A DNA stretch of 64,000 nt from Carpediemonas membranifera BICM (taxonomy: Eukaryota; Protista; Fornicata): the NCBI GenBank assembly GCA_019828565.1, contig JAHDYR010000006.1, forward strand, positions 371,643 to 435,642. The letters run 5' to 3'. Positions 38,786-50,169 of this stretch are shown piece after piece. Below the pieces are notes generated by a model. It did not search any database, was not told the DNA's origin, and saw only the letters and a list, made by a program, of their open reading frames with translations. The position numbers and the translations under genes are program-made. Numbering within the stretch: position 1 is the stretch's first letter; each line of letters opens with the position of its first letter.

Positions 38786-41700
38786 TGTGGTATTTACATG
38801 ACTATGTAGACGCAGTTAGAGCCATTATCACCGCGTAGGAGGTATACCCCTTAAACACTTCACACTTGTTTCCAGACTTCAGTAATTACTACGGTTTGAC
38901 GCAATGGGAGAAGACGTAACGATAGGTCCACCGATGAAGGACCTCACGATCGAAGAGTATATGCGAGTACGAGACATCTACGACACAGTCCAGCCACTGT
39001 CGGAGCACCTCAAGAAACTGGAAGAGGCGAAGATCATCCGTAGGTCGAAGTCGCCCTGGTCGTCGCGCGTGGTCATGGCGAAGAAGAAGGGTGGGGAGTG
39101 GCGCCCGTGCATCAACTATATCCGCTTGAACAAGTTCATCGAGGATCCCCAGCACGACCTCCCGGCCATCGACGACATCATGACGATGCTGGAGGGCAAG
39201 GTCAAGTTCGCAGCCCTGGACGCGAGCAGCGCGTTCCACCAGGTGCCGGTCGAGGAGGGGACGCAGGAGCTGTTGGCGTTCACCACACCCGACGGCCACT
39301 TCACCTATAACACGATGCCGTTCGGGTTGTCGACGGCGGCGGGCCATATGCAGGCAGCGCTGGAGGAGGCGTTCGCGGACATGTTGGGGACGGCCTGCCT
39401 CATCTACGTTGACGACATCCTGGTGTTCGGGGAGACGGTGGAGGAGTACGAGGCCAACCTCCGGCATGTCATGGACCGGGTGAGGGAGCGGAAGATCAAG
39501 CTTAACGAGAAGAAGTGCGCTTTCAACCTTGACGAGGTAGAGTACTTGGGCTGGACTGTGTCGAAGGAGGGACGGTCCGTGCCTGAGTGGAGGGTGGAGG
39601 GTGTACAGAAGCTCGCCCCGGCGCACAACGTCAGCGATGTCAGGGCCCTCCTGGGTATCTTCAACTTCTTCGCGAAGTTCATCCCGGGGTACGCGGACCT
39701 GGCCGAGCCGATCAGGAGGATGGAGCTCAAGGACGCGCCGCCGTGGGGGCCGGACCAGGACAGGGCGCTCGAGGCATTGAAGAAGGCGGTCACGAGCGCG
39801 CCGGTGCTGACACACCCGGACCCGGCGAAGAGACTCGCGCTGTACACGGACGCGTCGGACAAGGGGGTCGGCGCGGTGCTGATGCAGGAGGACGAGGGCG
39901 GCAAGCGGCCGATTATGTTCTTGTCGAAGGCACTGTCCGGCTCGCAGCGCAGGTGGAGCACGTATAGGAAGGAGGCATTCGCCATTGTCCACGCGATCCG
40001 CAAGGCTCGGCGTCTGCTGGCAACGCAGGAGTTCAAGGTGTGGTGTGACCACAGGAACCTCGCGTACGTGTGGGGCGCCAATGACGACATGGTGCAGCGG
40101 TGGGCACTCGAGCTCGCCAACTACAAATTCGACGTGGAGCACGTGCCGGGCAGCCTTAACGAGATCGCCGACGGGCTATCGAGGGCGGCGCTCGCAGAGG
40201 AGCAGGCGAAGCAGGAGCAGGAGGACATTCCGGACCAGAGTCGGACGGAGTCAGACGAGGATGGCCCAGCGGCAGCCGGCGCTGAGACAGAAGAGAGCAA
40301 GCCCAGACCGCAGGGGCAACTGCTGTTCAGAGTAGACGAGTTCAGGACGACACAGGAGGCGAGCCCGACACTGCCGGAGAGTCAGAAGGAAGCGAGGTTC
40401 AAGGAGGTACACGGCGCTGGGAAGGGCCACCATGGGGTGCAACAGACCCTGTGGAAGCTTGAGGACATCGGACTGTCTTGGGACGGAGCCGAAGCTGACG
40501 TGTCAACGATGGTCAAACGATGCCCCGTGTGCCAGAAGTCGGGTATGGGGGGCGACCCGTACCAGTCGAGCGCCGCGCGAGCCGCTGGGACCGTATGGTC
40601 GAGTGTTCGTGGACACCATCGTCATGAAAGAGGCCGACGGCGAGTACCGGAACATCCTGACAGTTGTGGAAGAAACGTCGCGATGGGTCACCCTGGTCCC
40701 GCTGAAGACAGTGTCGTCACGAGAAACCATCGAGGCATTGCAGAGGTTCTACCTCACCCACTTCCCGATGCCGGTCGAGTGGGTAGCAGATAACGGGTCG
40801 CAGTTCGCATCGACCGAGTTTCACGCGTGGGCCAGGGAGACCGGGGCGCGGGTCAACCACACGACGCCGTACTACCACGAGGAGAACGGCGTGGTCGAGC
40901 GGTGGAACAAAGAGGTCAACCGCCACCTGCGGTGCGAGATGTATGAACGGCAGACCAGGAGATGGAAGGGTCTGCTCCCGTCGATCCAGAACATCATCAA
41001 CTCGGCGCGTTCGAGGGCGACCGGGTCGTCGGCGTGGAGACTGGTAGTGGCGGATGGAACCAGAGCGACCGTGGACAAGCTCAAGGAACAGAGGATGGAG
41101 GAGGTGGAGGCTGCGCGCAGGATGATCCAGAACGAAGAAAATAGAAGAAGGAATATGGTGCAGACAGCGGCGAAGAAGAAGCAGGACAGCCAGAAGCGAG
41201 CGGCTGACATTCAGCGGCAGCACCCTGAGTCGCGCGTGGCAGCGGGTTACTGGGTCTTCGTGGATCGCGACGCGGAGATTCGCAAGAAGTACGACCTCAA
41301 GTGGCGCGGACCGTTGATGGTGGTCAGGAAGGTCCCCGGGAAGGCGAACTCGTACGTTGTGCGAGACCCAGAGACGAAGAAGACGTATCAGAAGCACGTT
41401 TCTCACCTGAAAGTCGCCGAGGGAGAGTGGAGCGAAGAGAAGGCCAAAGTAGCATGCGCCTTAGATAGAAGCCAGGCGTATATCAAGAAGATAGTGGACT
41501 GGAGGATTAGAAGAGACGCCAACAGGACACCGGAAGTGAGGTGCAGGTGGCTGGGATTCGAAGCCAGCGAAGACACCTGGAGAGTGGCAACAGACGAAGA
41601 CATGCGGTCCAACATCGTGTTATTGAAGTACATGGAGGACCATAGCCAACTTGCAAAGTGCGTTGACGAGCATTTGCGCAAAGTCGGTCAGAGTCGGAAA

Positions 41701-41827
41701 TAGAAGCATGGCTCTGATGGAGGAGGGGTAGTGTGGTATTTACATGACTATGTAGACGCAGTTAGAGCCATTATCACCGCGTAGGAGGTATACCCCTTAA
41801 ACACTTCACACTTGTTTCCAGACTTCA
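38786..41827 (+). mobile_element. Gypsy-3: 3042-bp LTR element lacking gag and protease; 96-bp LTRs; TSD GTCAA
   Basis: LTRs 38786-38881 and 41732-41827; empty site with a single GTCAA at 7727-7731; purine tract ggaggaggggtag. Confidence 0.97.
38904..41703 (+). CDS. pol: Gypsy-3 RT-RNase H-integrase-chromodomain (frameshift in the G run near 40550)
   Basis: LDASSAFHQ, YVDD, TDAS, ADGLSR, GHHG..CPVC, VFVD..ADNG..VER, CRWLGF..DTW. Confidence 0.92.
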
Positions 41828-41857
41828 GTCAACACCTGCGCAGTTTAAGATGAGAAT

Positions 41858-43078
41858 ATGACGACCAGTGAAACTGCGAAGAAAGCTGAGATTTCGCAGG
41901 GCACGTCTTGCGGATCGGATAAGAGAACAGAGTACCGCCGGCTGTTCGTGACTAGCTTCCTGGAATGCTTTTTCGACGTCGCGGACATCCCAACTATCGG
42001 TCTGACGACCTCTGACGTTCATCGCGCTCTCCTTGGCATGCAGGATGTGATATCGGGCCTCTGCAACGGCTTTCGCAAGATTGCTATTGCAAACTCCGTC
42101 AGGCGCACGACTACTGAGCCCATTCAGGCATTTGTGGCAAGTAGAAAGGGTGGCACAGAGCTCATTGGCACAAAGATACCCTACCTGGTTGTCAGAGACA
42201 GAGCAAATGCAGCTGAACACTTGCAGGAGTTTAGAAACAGGATGTCTGTGCTGTTTCGGGGACTTGGACTCCACGATGTCTCCAGTCTGATCACTTGCAC
42301 CGGCATTCAATGGCCTCCAGCCGTTGTAATCAGGATCAAGCATCGCAAGCTCCAGCCTGAGCCACGTACCCCAGCAGAAACACCCGCAGAGACACCCACA
42401 AAGACTCCAGTGACAACATTGGTACCAAAGCTCAGAAAAAGAGCTGACTTGGCTACCATCAAGCCTGATTCCCCCGTCAAGAAGCTTAATTTTGATGCGC
42501 AGATGCATGAGCCTGATCAGAAGCGATCGAGGCTCGAAGAGGCTGACTTGAAGGAGGTTGCCGCGATGGTGACGGCTTCACTCTCCACAACTGTCACTGA
42601 TCTCCTCAAGCAGTCACCCAAGGCCGTTGAAATGAACGATAAGGTCCCCGCCCTCAAGCAAGCGACGTTTCTGAAGCTATATCAGCGTAAGTTACTGTTC
42701 GCATGCGCTGTTTGTGCCTCACCTGAATGGTACTTCAACCCAAACATGAAAAGAAACGAGTATGAAACGTGCTATCTCTGCCATCAGTTCATGCATCTTC
42801 AGTGTGTCAGAGAGAAGAGGATTGATGGTAAGAACAGAAAGGTTTGCGCAGCTTGCAGTCTGGCAGGAAGGTCTAACAGATGTCACGCGTGTATCAAGGA
42901 CGGAGACAAGTCGACAAAGGACACTGGCGTCTGCCGGGCGTGCCTAAACTGGTTCTGCGAAGAGAAACACTTCAGCTATGCTGAGTTCCATCTCGACGGC
43001 CAGGACTATCGTGTCAGGTTCTGCGACCAGTGTATGACTGTCTACCAGAAGGTGGCGGATATGAAGCCAATTGAGTAA
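41858..43078 (+). CDS. PHD/zinc-finger-like protein (copy 2)
   Basis: Near-identical to 7757-8977. Confidence 0.8.
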   Translation: MTTSETAKKAEISQGTSCGSDKRTEYRRLFVTSFLECFFDVADIPTIGLTTSDVHRALLGMQDVISGLCNGFRKIAIANSVRRTTTEPIQAFVASRKGGTELIGTKIPYLVVRDRANAAEHLQEFRNRMSVLFRGLGLHDVSSLITCTGIQWPPAVVIRIKHRKLQPEPRTPAETPAETPTKTPVTTLVPKLRKRADLATIKPDSPVKKLNFDAQMHEPDQKRSRLEEADLKEVAAMVTASLSTTVTDLLKQSPKAVEMNDKVPALKQATFLKLYQRKLLFACAVCASPEWYFNPNMKRNEYETCYLCHQFMHLQCVREKRIDGKNRKVCAACSLAGRSNRCHACIKDGDKSTKDTGVCRACLNWFCEEKHFSYAEFHLDGQDYRVRFCDQCMTVYQKVADMKPIE

Positions 43079-43101
43079 GTTAAATAGGGAGATTTTGAAC
43101 T

Positions 43102-44199
43102 TTAAGTGTCTTCCAGTGCCGCTCTGTGCGCAACTGTCATCTCAGTAATGTAGCGCGAGGCCATAACATCCGCCGGAGATCTCTGCAGTGGTCTATATGC
43201 AAGTACCTCAGAAACAAGGTCGACCATCTCGGGAAGAGGGATTGGCGTGCGGAACTGAGTGGCTGTGAGGATCTCAATCGCGCCCGGGGTTATGGACATT
43301 GATCCATTCGCGATAACCCGTCTCCCTGCTGTGCCAGGTGCGAGCCCATAGCCGGAGAAGTAACGCGAGACGAAGTGGAGCGGGTTGTCCATGCATGTAG
43401 TGCGGTAGAGCCAAAAGCAGTCCTGCAGGACGAGTTCGTTGGCAAGCATTTTCTCCGGAGTGAGAATGATGCACGTATGCTCGTATGCCTGGGTCGAAAT
43501 GGACTGCTTAAGCAGAGAGAACTCGCTATTGTCCGCTCCGGTACAGGTGGCGAAGTAGATGAGCCGAACCCGGCTGGTGGTGACGAGGGATGGCTCACGG
43601 AAAGCGAAGAGGATCATCTGTACGATATCGTGAAGGTACAGGAACTCGTTAGCGCTCGCATTAACGATCATTCTCGACGTTGTGGTCTCGCTGTGGCCAG
43701 AAACAACCCAGAATGTCTCGAAATTGGCGAATTCTGCAGCCAACTGTTGCAGTATGGAGCCGAGGTGGGTCGTCGAGACGAAACTGACGGCAACCGTGGT
43801 GAGCCACTCGTCGCTGACGAGATCGAGGATGGCCTTCATGCGCTTGTGGTACCCCTCGGAGCCAGCAAGCCCGGTGACAGTGAAGACCGGGTTCGCACAA
43901 GTAGGTGCTTCGAAGCCATGGACTGGCTCGAGCAGGATAACGATGCGGCGGTTCACAAGCTTGCTCAGGGTGAAGGGGCAGTCATGCGTGTACCTGATTC
44001 CGTCATATTCCTTCAGCCCTTGGTTGCGAAGGTCAGAACGCGGCCTAGTGATTCCACAGACGCATTCATACGTGAGAGGATGGTCGCTGATGCGTCTGGT
44101 ACCGAATTTGCCAAATTTCCTCTCCATTTGGCAACTACCACTTTTTTTCCAACACTGGTAGTTGGCCGAACCAGCTATAGGGAAGGATATGGACCACAA
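43102..44199 (-). CDS. Putative CHAT/caspase-like protease (copy 2)
   Basis: Same protein as 9001-10098. Confidence 0.5.
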   Translation of the reverse strand: MWSISFPIAGSANYQCWKKSGSCQMERKFGKFGTRRISDHPLTYECVCGITRPRSDLRNQGLKEYDGIRYTHDCPFTLSKLVNRRIVILLEPVHGFEAPTCANPVFTVTGLAGSEGYHKRMKAILDLVSDEWLTTVAVSFVSTTHLGSILQQLAAEFANFETFWVVSGHSETTTSRMIVNASANEFLYLHDIVQMILFAFREPSLVTTSRVRLIYFATCTGADNSEFSLLKQSISTQAYEHTCIILTPEKMLANELVLQDCFWLYRTTCMDNPLHFVSRYFSGYGLAPGTAGRRVIANGSMSITPGAIEILTATQFRTPIPLPEMVDLVSEVLAYRPLQRSPADVMASRYITEMTVAHRAALEDT

Positions 44200-44313
44200 T
44201 AAGCAAGCATTCTGGTGTTACAGATAAGATATTGTATGTGTGTCCTTTACGGTGTGAGACGGCCCCATCAATCCCGAGAAATACCGCGTGTCCGTTTGCA
44301 AAAAAAAAATCAG

Positions 44314-45124
44314 ATGGCGAGAAGAAAGGCGCTCCCACCAAAGCCGCAGCCTGGGGGTATCAGAATACCCATTACGTCCACTGCGGGCAAGACGCCGCCG
44401 TCTGCGCCTTCAAATGATTCTCAGGAGGATTCCTCAAGCGAAGATTCCATCATTGAATCCGTTGTGCATACTCAGGCACTGCATCCGGATCTGGTCGCCG
44501 CGATCTACCCAAACACTCCCGAGGAGTCGATCAGGGAGCTTAAAGAGGCCGAGAAGGACCTTCCTCCCCTCGAACCCCCCGAGTTGGTTATCCACCCGGC
44601 TGACCCACCCCTCCATTGCCGTTGAGGTGCAGCCTTGTCTGGCTCCCCGACCACACGGACGTGGGTAGAGGCCTCATTGCAACTGCCGCAATTGAGCCCG
44701 GAAAGCTCCTCGGCATTTACGCCGGTAGGATTGTGTCCGACGAGGACTACCACGCGAATAACAGCAACATGGTGTTTGTTCATTGTTCATTATGCCTTTA
44801 CACAGCATTTCATTCGACGCTAGCAACCTTCACGTCGACGCAGGCGAAGGTGAAGGCATTGGTGTACACCTCATCAACCACAGTGAGAGTGACACCAACT
44901 GCCAGTTCACCAACCGTTTGCTCAAGGACCTTCCAGTCCTTGCGGTTGAGTCGACGAACGTCATTCAGGCCGAAGAGTTTCTTCGTATCAGTTACGGCGA
45001 GATCTTCTTTGATGCGGGTGAGGTCTTAACCATTGCTAGGTTCCCGAGTCTGCCCATTTCTCATCCAAACTATCTCACAAGGTTCCTGGAGCAGTATCCG
45101 GCACTCAAGAAGCGGAAGAAATGA
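44314..45124 (+). CDS. SET-domain protein (copy 2); intron 44774-44805
   Basis: As 10213-11023. Confidence 0.85.
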
Positions 45125-45150
45125 ATTAAAATGTCAAAACATCTCTTTTT

Positions 45151-47326
45151 TTACTCGGGAACTCCACGCTTAACGTCCTCGGCATCAACAACTCTCTTTT
45201 CGCGATCCTTATCGACTGCCTTGCGCTTGATATAAGTCGTATGAGCCTTTCTCTTACCACCCTTTGAACGTTTGCGGACAAATAGCGTCGCATGCTCATC
45301 CTTGACGACCACAATAGCTTGCGCCGCAGCCACATCTTCATCAGATCCACGCCGGACCATGCCGGACTCATAAACTTCCGTCAAATGCATCCGCACAATA
45401 TACTTGTCATGGTACGTCAACATCTTGACCCAGATAACGACTACAGTCTTGCTCTTCAGAGCTGACCAGGCCATGACACCAAAGTTGCTGTACCAATCAG
45501 TGGCATCGTCGAACATCAGGGTGGGCACGAACACGTTAGACGTCTCAAGCCTCAGCCTCTCGCCAGCATCGGAGAATCCCCAGGCGCGCACCTCCTCCCT
45601 CACTGCTGCCACTTCCTCTGCCGCAAACTTCTTGTCGAACTCGCCATTCTCAACCTTCTGCAGGCAGTAGCCGATGCACAATCCATCCGGGTTGACTGCA
45701 ATCTTCCGCCAACTCTTACGATCTTTGAGAACTCGCTCGCCTACCTTGTCGTACTCCACGTCGATGTACTTCTGCCTATCAACGTCGCTCCGTAAGTATA
45801 TCTGCATAGGGGGAACATTGGCAGGCGTCGGAGAGTGCTGTTTGATGATAGCCTTCATCTCTGGCGACAGACCGAGGTCGAGAGGTGGGACCGTTATGAA
45901 CTTCTGGCCCCCGTACCTCATCATGGTGCTATTGATCCGAGTCCATAAGGCTCCAGTCACATTGTTCCTCTGGAACAGTACCATCAAGGCAGCGAGAGGA
46001 ACGTAGCGGTCAAGCTCCACTGTTGCCTCCTCGGCGCGCCTGACAAGCTCAGCCCAGTTGTCCTCGAGTTCATCGGCGAGCGCTTCAAGCCCAGCCTCAC
46101 TCGCCCGTGCCAACTCTGCTTGAGTAAACTGATGGATCGCCTGATCCTCGGCCTTCTGCTGACCTAACTCAGCTTTAAGTCTCTTCTGGGACTCCTCAGA
46201 CTCTCTGTTAGCCTGTTCAAGCGCCTCCCTCGCCTCCCTCTCCTCAGCAAGCCGTTTTATCAAGGGCTCGTACTGCTCCAACAAGCGCACAGACTCAGGG
46301 ACATCATCAAGGCCTGCAATGGTGTCGTCTAGCTGCTGAAGGAGAGAACCAACGGTGTCTGTGTCGTCCACATCGGACTCTACGTCGATGTCTTGATCAG
46401 TCTGGGGCAAAGGAACGCCGTCACCCTGCATGGCGGCCGGTTCAGAGTGGTCATCAGACTCGGACTCGTCAGTGTCGGAAAATTCATCGTGTGTCGTGGA
46501 CTCTGCGTCGACAACCGGAAGCGGCTGAGGGGCAGCAACGACGGAAGAAGGCTTGGTGGCTGCTGCTGAGCGATCCTGGGCCCGGACTAACTCCTCTTGG
46601 ACCTTCATCAGAGCAGCAGTCGATGAGGCGAGCTCCTTCTCAAGACGAGCGATCTTCCTCTTCAGAGGAGCTGACGGATCGAGCGAACCGATCTTAGCCA
46701 ACTCCTCGGCCAGCTTCTCTGAGCCAGCGAAGGACAGCTTCTTGCTGAGCTGGGCGTGGGCGATAAACTGGCCAAATTGGCCTGCCGGAACACGAGAATC
46801 GAGTTTCTTCGAGTCCTTGTGGCGCAACACAAGGTGGAATGCGCGGTAAATCTCAACCTGCTTCTCAACAGGGAGCGAGTCGACGCCGACTAGAGCCTTA
46901 TGAACAGATTTGGCGGTGAAGTGGTCACAAAACTTCCGTCGGAATGCCTCAATTGTGTCGGGAGAGTCAAAGTCGACCTCGCAGAGGTAGTTGCGGTTAG
47001 TTGCGTCACATATCGCGCGTAGTTTGGCAACTCCATAGTCGTGAACGTGCTGGCTTAAAGTGCGCTTCAACGGGAACCCGAAAACAACGTTGATCGTACG
47101 AATGCTGATCAGACGGACGCAAACGAAGAACAGAGGGTCATCAGAGACGATGCCGTGATCTTGCAGCCAGGTTATACGGCTCTTTGTGGACGAAAGGGCG
47201 TCGTATGCACGGAATGAATCATCTGTGTAAATAGGACCGTGAAAATGAAAGTGACATACCAGAATCGTCAGGAGCAAGCATTGTCTCCTTCAGTTTGCCG
47301 AGAGAGATGATGTCTTCGTTAACCAT
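45151..47326 (-). CDS. Acidic coiled-coil + OTU-like protein (copy 2, intact); intron 47223-47259
   Basis: 708-aa open frame; DGLC..H motifs. Confidence 0.75.
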
Positions 47327-48005
47327 TGTCAATTTGGTCCTCAGAAGACTTTCTCGAAAAATGAAATACGTTTTATCTCAATAAATATTGCCAGCTGTCA
47401 TGTAAATACCTCCGATCAGCCATAAAGACCCAAGAGCTACCCCTTGGCCGATTTTCAGCTCATTCTGCACCTGCGCTGTTTTGGCCGTTTTTCGATGGGC
47501 ATCTCATCGCTCCATTTTCGATTTTGTCAATTTGGTCCTCAGAGGACACAGATTAAATTTTTCAGTGTCCTCTGAGGACAACATTGACAGGATTTGTAGC
47601 TTATCCATGGCCAGAAACTGAAATCGCTGAAAAGCTCAGAGACGTCGTTATATCATCTATAACGGCATCTCTGAGCTTTTGGGCGCACGGTTTCATCCTG
47701 ACGTGGAGATCGATGGTGGTGAAAATGAAGAATTGACTAGGAGAGCTCTACGCTTGCATGCAGCCTTCTATTAGGTTGTTGATGTTGGTTATATGCTTCT
47801 TTTTCGTTCTCGATGCGTGTGGATGAGTATTCTGTTGCAAGATTCATTTTGATGGACTGATGTTGGTTATAGAGGATAAAGGCACCAGAATGGATCATAT
47901 GCATGCTATAAACCCGTTCTGTGCCGTTGGAATACCATAGCTGCGCAGCAATGTCGAGAGTCACAGTTCATTTCACATTTTCACACGCATTTTAAGGAAA
48001 CAACG

Positions 48006-48767
48006 ATGGCAAGAAGTAAACAAGGCAATATACAGGCCACTGAAGCTCAAAAGGAGAGGAGAATGGCTCTTGGCAAGAAAGCGCAGCAAAAGAGCCAGAG
48101 CAAGTCCAACAAGTCCACGAAAACAGCCCGAAAAGCTCACAAGACGCCCATCGAGATTGTTCAGACCTTTATCAGCAATTTCCTCACTAATAATGACGAT
48201 ATTACCCGCGCAAACGGATGGGTTGTCGACTTCAGCCAGAAGTTTGCCGCCGAGGTCCCTAAGATGAAAGTAGCCTCCTTGAAGAAGGACAAGCTCTACG
48301 GCAATCTCCAGTCGGTCGAAGAGATCAGCCGCAAGTGGCAGGGAGGCGGTGATGAGGACAAGCGTCACCGCTTCAAGGCTCTCCTCAGTCTTGACGCCCA
48401 GACAGATGAGCTGGACACGGACGACCCACTCATCGCGACTGTCCGCGAGATGGATGATGCCTTTCACCGCATTCCCATCGCCTACCGGGCTAAGGTCCAT
48501 GCCTTCGCTGCTTCATCGTGCGGTGTGACGGTCGATGACGTCAAGCTCGTCCTGAGCAAGCCTTGCCGTGACCGCGACGCGGATCTCATCTTCGCCAGAC
48601 CCACCAGAGTTCTGAAGAAGGAGGCTAAGACACTCAGTCAGCTCACTTCTGTCATTGCCAAGCGGAATGCGGAACGTGCTGAGGCTGAATCGCGTGATGT
48701 GCTGCGTCGCAAGGTATACCAAGCCATCATGAATTACTACTTAGAGTGTTCGGCACAGGAGCTATAA
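48006..48767 (+). CDS. H3-tail-like protein (copy 2)
   Basis: Three substitutions versus copy 1; N-terminus unchanged. Confidence 0.75.
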   Translation: MARSKQGNIQATEAQKERRMALGKKAQQKSQSKSNKSTKTARKAHKTPIEIVQTFISNFLTNNDDITRANGWVVDFSQKFAAEVPKMKVASLKKDKLYGNLQSVEEISRKWQGGGDEDKRHRFKALLSLDAQTDELDTDDPLIATVREMDDAFHRIPIAYRAKVHAFAASSCGVTVDDVKLVLSKPCRDRDADLIFARPTRVLKKEAKTLSQLTSVIAKRNAERAEAESRDVLRRKVYQAIMNYYLECSAQEL

Positions 48768-49208
48768 ATTCTTGTTTTATTTTCATTTCATTTACACTTC
48801 TTCGTCATCCTCAACGGAAATATTCCATTCACTGTCCCAGAAGTTGGCTTTCTTCTCCTTACGCATCTCGGTCCTCGTTTCCTTGATCTCTTTGACCAGC
48901 GTGAAAGAACGAAGGTTGTAATGGCGGATAATCATCAACTTCTGCCTGATTCATGCTGTCAACATCCCTAGATTATCTTTGCTAAACCCTAGATTATCTT
49001 CGACCTCAAAACGCTAGATAATCTACAATTTCTTGCTCAGAAATGAAGTATTCATTAAATTTAAGCTATTTAGAGATAAACGAAGGTCTTCTTGAGAGTC
49101 CATATGATGTACTTAGAGCATGGAAAGAAGCTCTGGCTCTGACTCCTTGCCTGGTTTGAGCATTTCGCCGTGCAGGTTAAGACGAAACGATAAAATGGAC
49201 AATAACAG

Positions 49209-49312
49209 AAAATCTAACAGGTAGATTCACTACGATAGTGATTATGTGAGTAGTTGAAAGGAGGTACATATGCGCATAATCACTTTCAGAGTGAATCTAC
49301 CTGTTAGATTTT
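49209..49312. other. ~104-nt hairpin
   Basis: 23-bp perfect arms aaaatctaacaggtagattcact/agtgaatctacctgttagatttt plus inner agtgattatg/cataatcact. Confidence 0.85.
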
Positions 49313-50169
49313 GAGATATGGTCGATTTCTTGTTTTTTGACTTGGCTAGAGTCGAATTGAAGAAAAGGAGAGGCTATTACTCAGGGAATATTGCTCGTCA
49401 AAGAAAAGCAAGCAAGGCCGCGAGGTATGGCCACCCGACCTACAAGATGGGCTGGGTGTCATCGCGTAAGGACGACCGGTCGTGCGCGGTCAACGCTGAC
49501 AAAACTTAGCGATTCAGAGAAATAAATGGCGCCACCGTATTCAGCACAAGACAGTGAACTCAGCTATATGGTTTTTTCTCAGTATATTTACCCAGCGGCT
49601 GATCCCACAGTTTAAGGACGGGTATTAGCCTGCACTTTGCACGAAAAAAATCTGCCTGAACACGACCAATTGTCCAAAACACAGCATTTAGCATGCAACA
49701 GGAGCTGGAAGCAGCTGCAACATCTATTCTAGGCCATTCAACAACGATTACGCAAGAAATTGACGCAATAGAGGCCATTCAGTCCCATTACTTCATAGAT
49801 TCACGCTTGAACGATATTACGAGCAGTATCAGGCGAGAAACAAGAAAGCTGAACGCGATTGGTGACTCCTTTCTCGCTGCGACATTTGCAGCATACTGAC
49901 AGCCACGACACGCCGTTCAAGCAGATTTAAGGGAGCGCCATCGCCAAACACGTAAATAGACCTGTATACGACAACCAGAGACGGACGTATGAGTCAGAAC
50001 GGTGTGCTACCGGAATACGCAGGGTGTTTTGTGCCCTGTTGATTCCAGGAGCACGCTGTCCTGGGTCACACAGGATTATCACATAATCACTGAGCAATCG
50101 GGCTCATGGTACATAGTTTCATTGGATCTATCTTCATGAAAATATGTTTGAAAAGATTCAATTGTATCT

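Larger units (their letters stand above)
38289..48950. mobile_element. Element A copy 2 (left part), interrupted by Gypsy-3 and element B
   Basis: Left TIR 38289-38336; colinear and near-identical to 7235-14860. Confidence 0.95.

Noticed and set aside
38889-41406. Long antisense ORFs opposite pol and other genes (e.g. 38889-40142, 9274-10101, 29909-31021)
   Set aside because: Shadow ORFs of GC-rich coding strands with no motifs
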